A stretch of 64,000 bases of DNA from the human T2T-CHM13v2.0 reference genome, Homo sapiens: NCBI RefSeq assembly GCF_009914755.1, contig NC_060930.1, one strand, 5' to 3'. The first letter of the stretch is position 1. Each line of letters starts with the position of its first letter. Position numbers and translations under genes: made by a program. Below are positions 63,790-64,000 of this stretch, piece after piece. The notes below the pieces were generated by a model, which was given only the letters and a program-made list of their open reading frames with translations, made no database searches and was not told where the DNA came from.

Positions 63790-64000
63790 ATAATAGCAAC
63801 AGCTACCATTGATTGGGTACATATTAGGTGTCAAACTCTGTGCCAAGTAAATAGCTAAAAAATACTATCTGTTTTAGTCCTGCCAAGAAAAACATCTGAG
63901 GTGGCTATTTTTATCGCCATTTTATAGATGTGGAAATAGGCATAGACAAAGTTAGGTAACTTGTCAGATGTAGATAGCTGATATGCCTAGCTCTAAAAGT
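63790..64000 (-). mobile_element. MIR SINE
   Basis: aataatagcaacagctaccatt...ccattttatagatgtggaaa...gttaggtaacttg. Confidence 0.7.

Overview
Hominoid-like (human or ape) genomic DNA, AT-rich and mostly transposon-derived. It contains the 3' part of an L1PA4-like LINE-1 with an apparent 3' transduction, and a near full-length L1PA7-like element whose 5' UTR looks spliced. A full-length L1PA4-like element sits in an Alu tail, alongside several old L1M elements and an ERV9/HERV9 provirus (LTR12D/E-like 5' LTR, gag-pro-pol, env remnant, 3' LTR cut to 44 bp). There are also seven Alus, MIRs, L2, MLT1/LTR16/MER67-type LTRs and MER5/MER58/MER104 DNA transposons. No intact host CDS, tRNA, rRNA or CRISPR array is visible. 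The main unexplained signal lies in the non-repetitive islands: about 13 + strand, splice-signal-bounded segments from 8556 to 57329, several phase-compatible. By eye they translate to several divergent RGS-like (RGS22/RGSL1-type) helical repeats with many stops and frameshifts, which suggests a decayed multi-exon gene (candidate unitary pseudogene). Subfamily names and the RGS assignment come from recalled consensus sequences, not a search.
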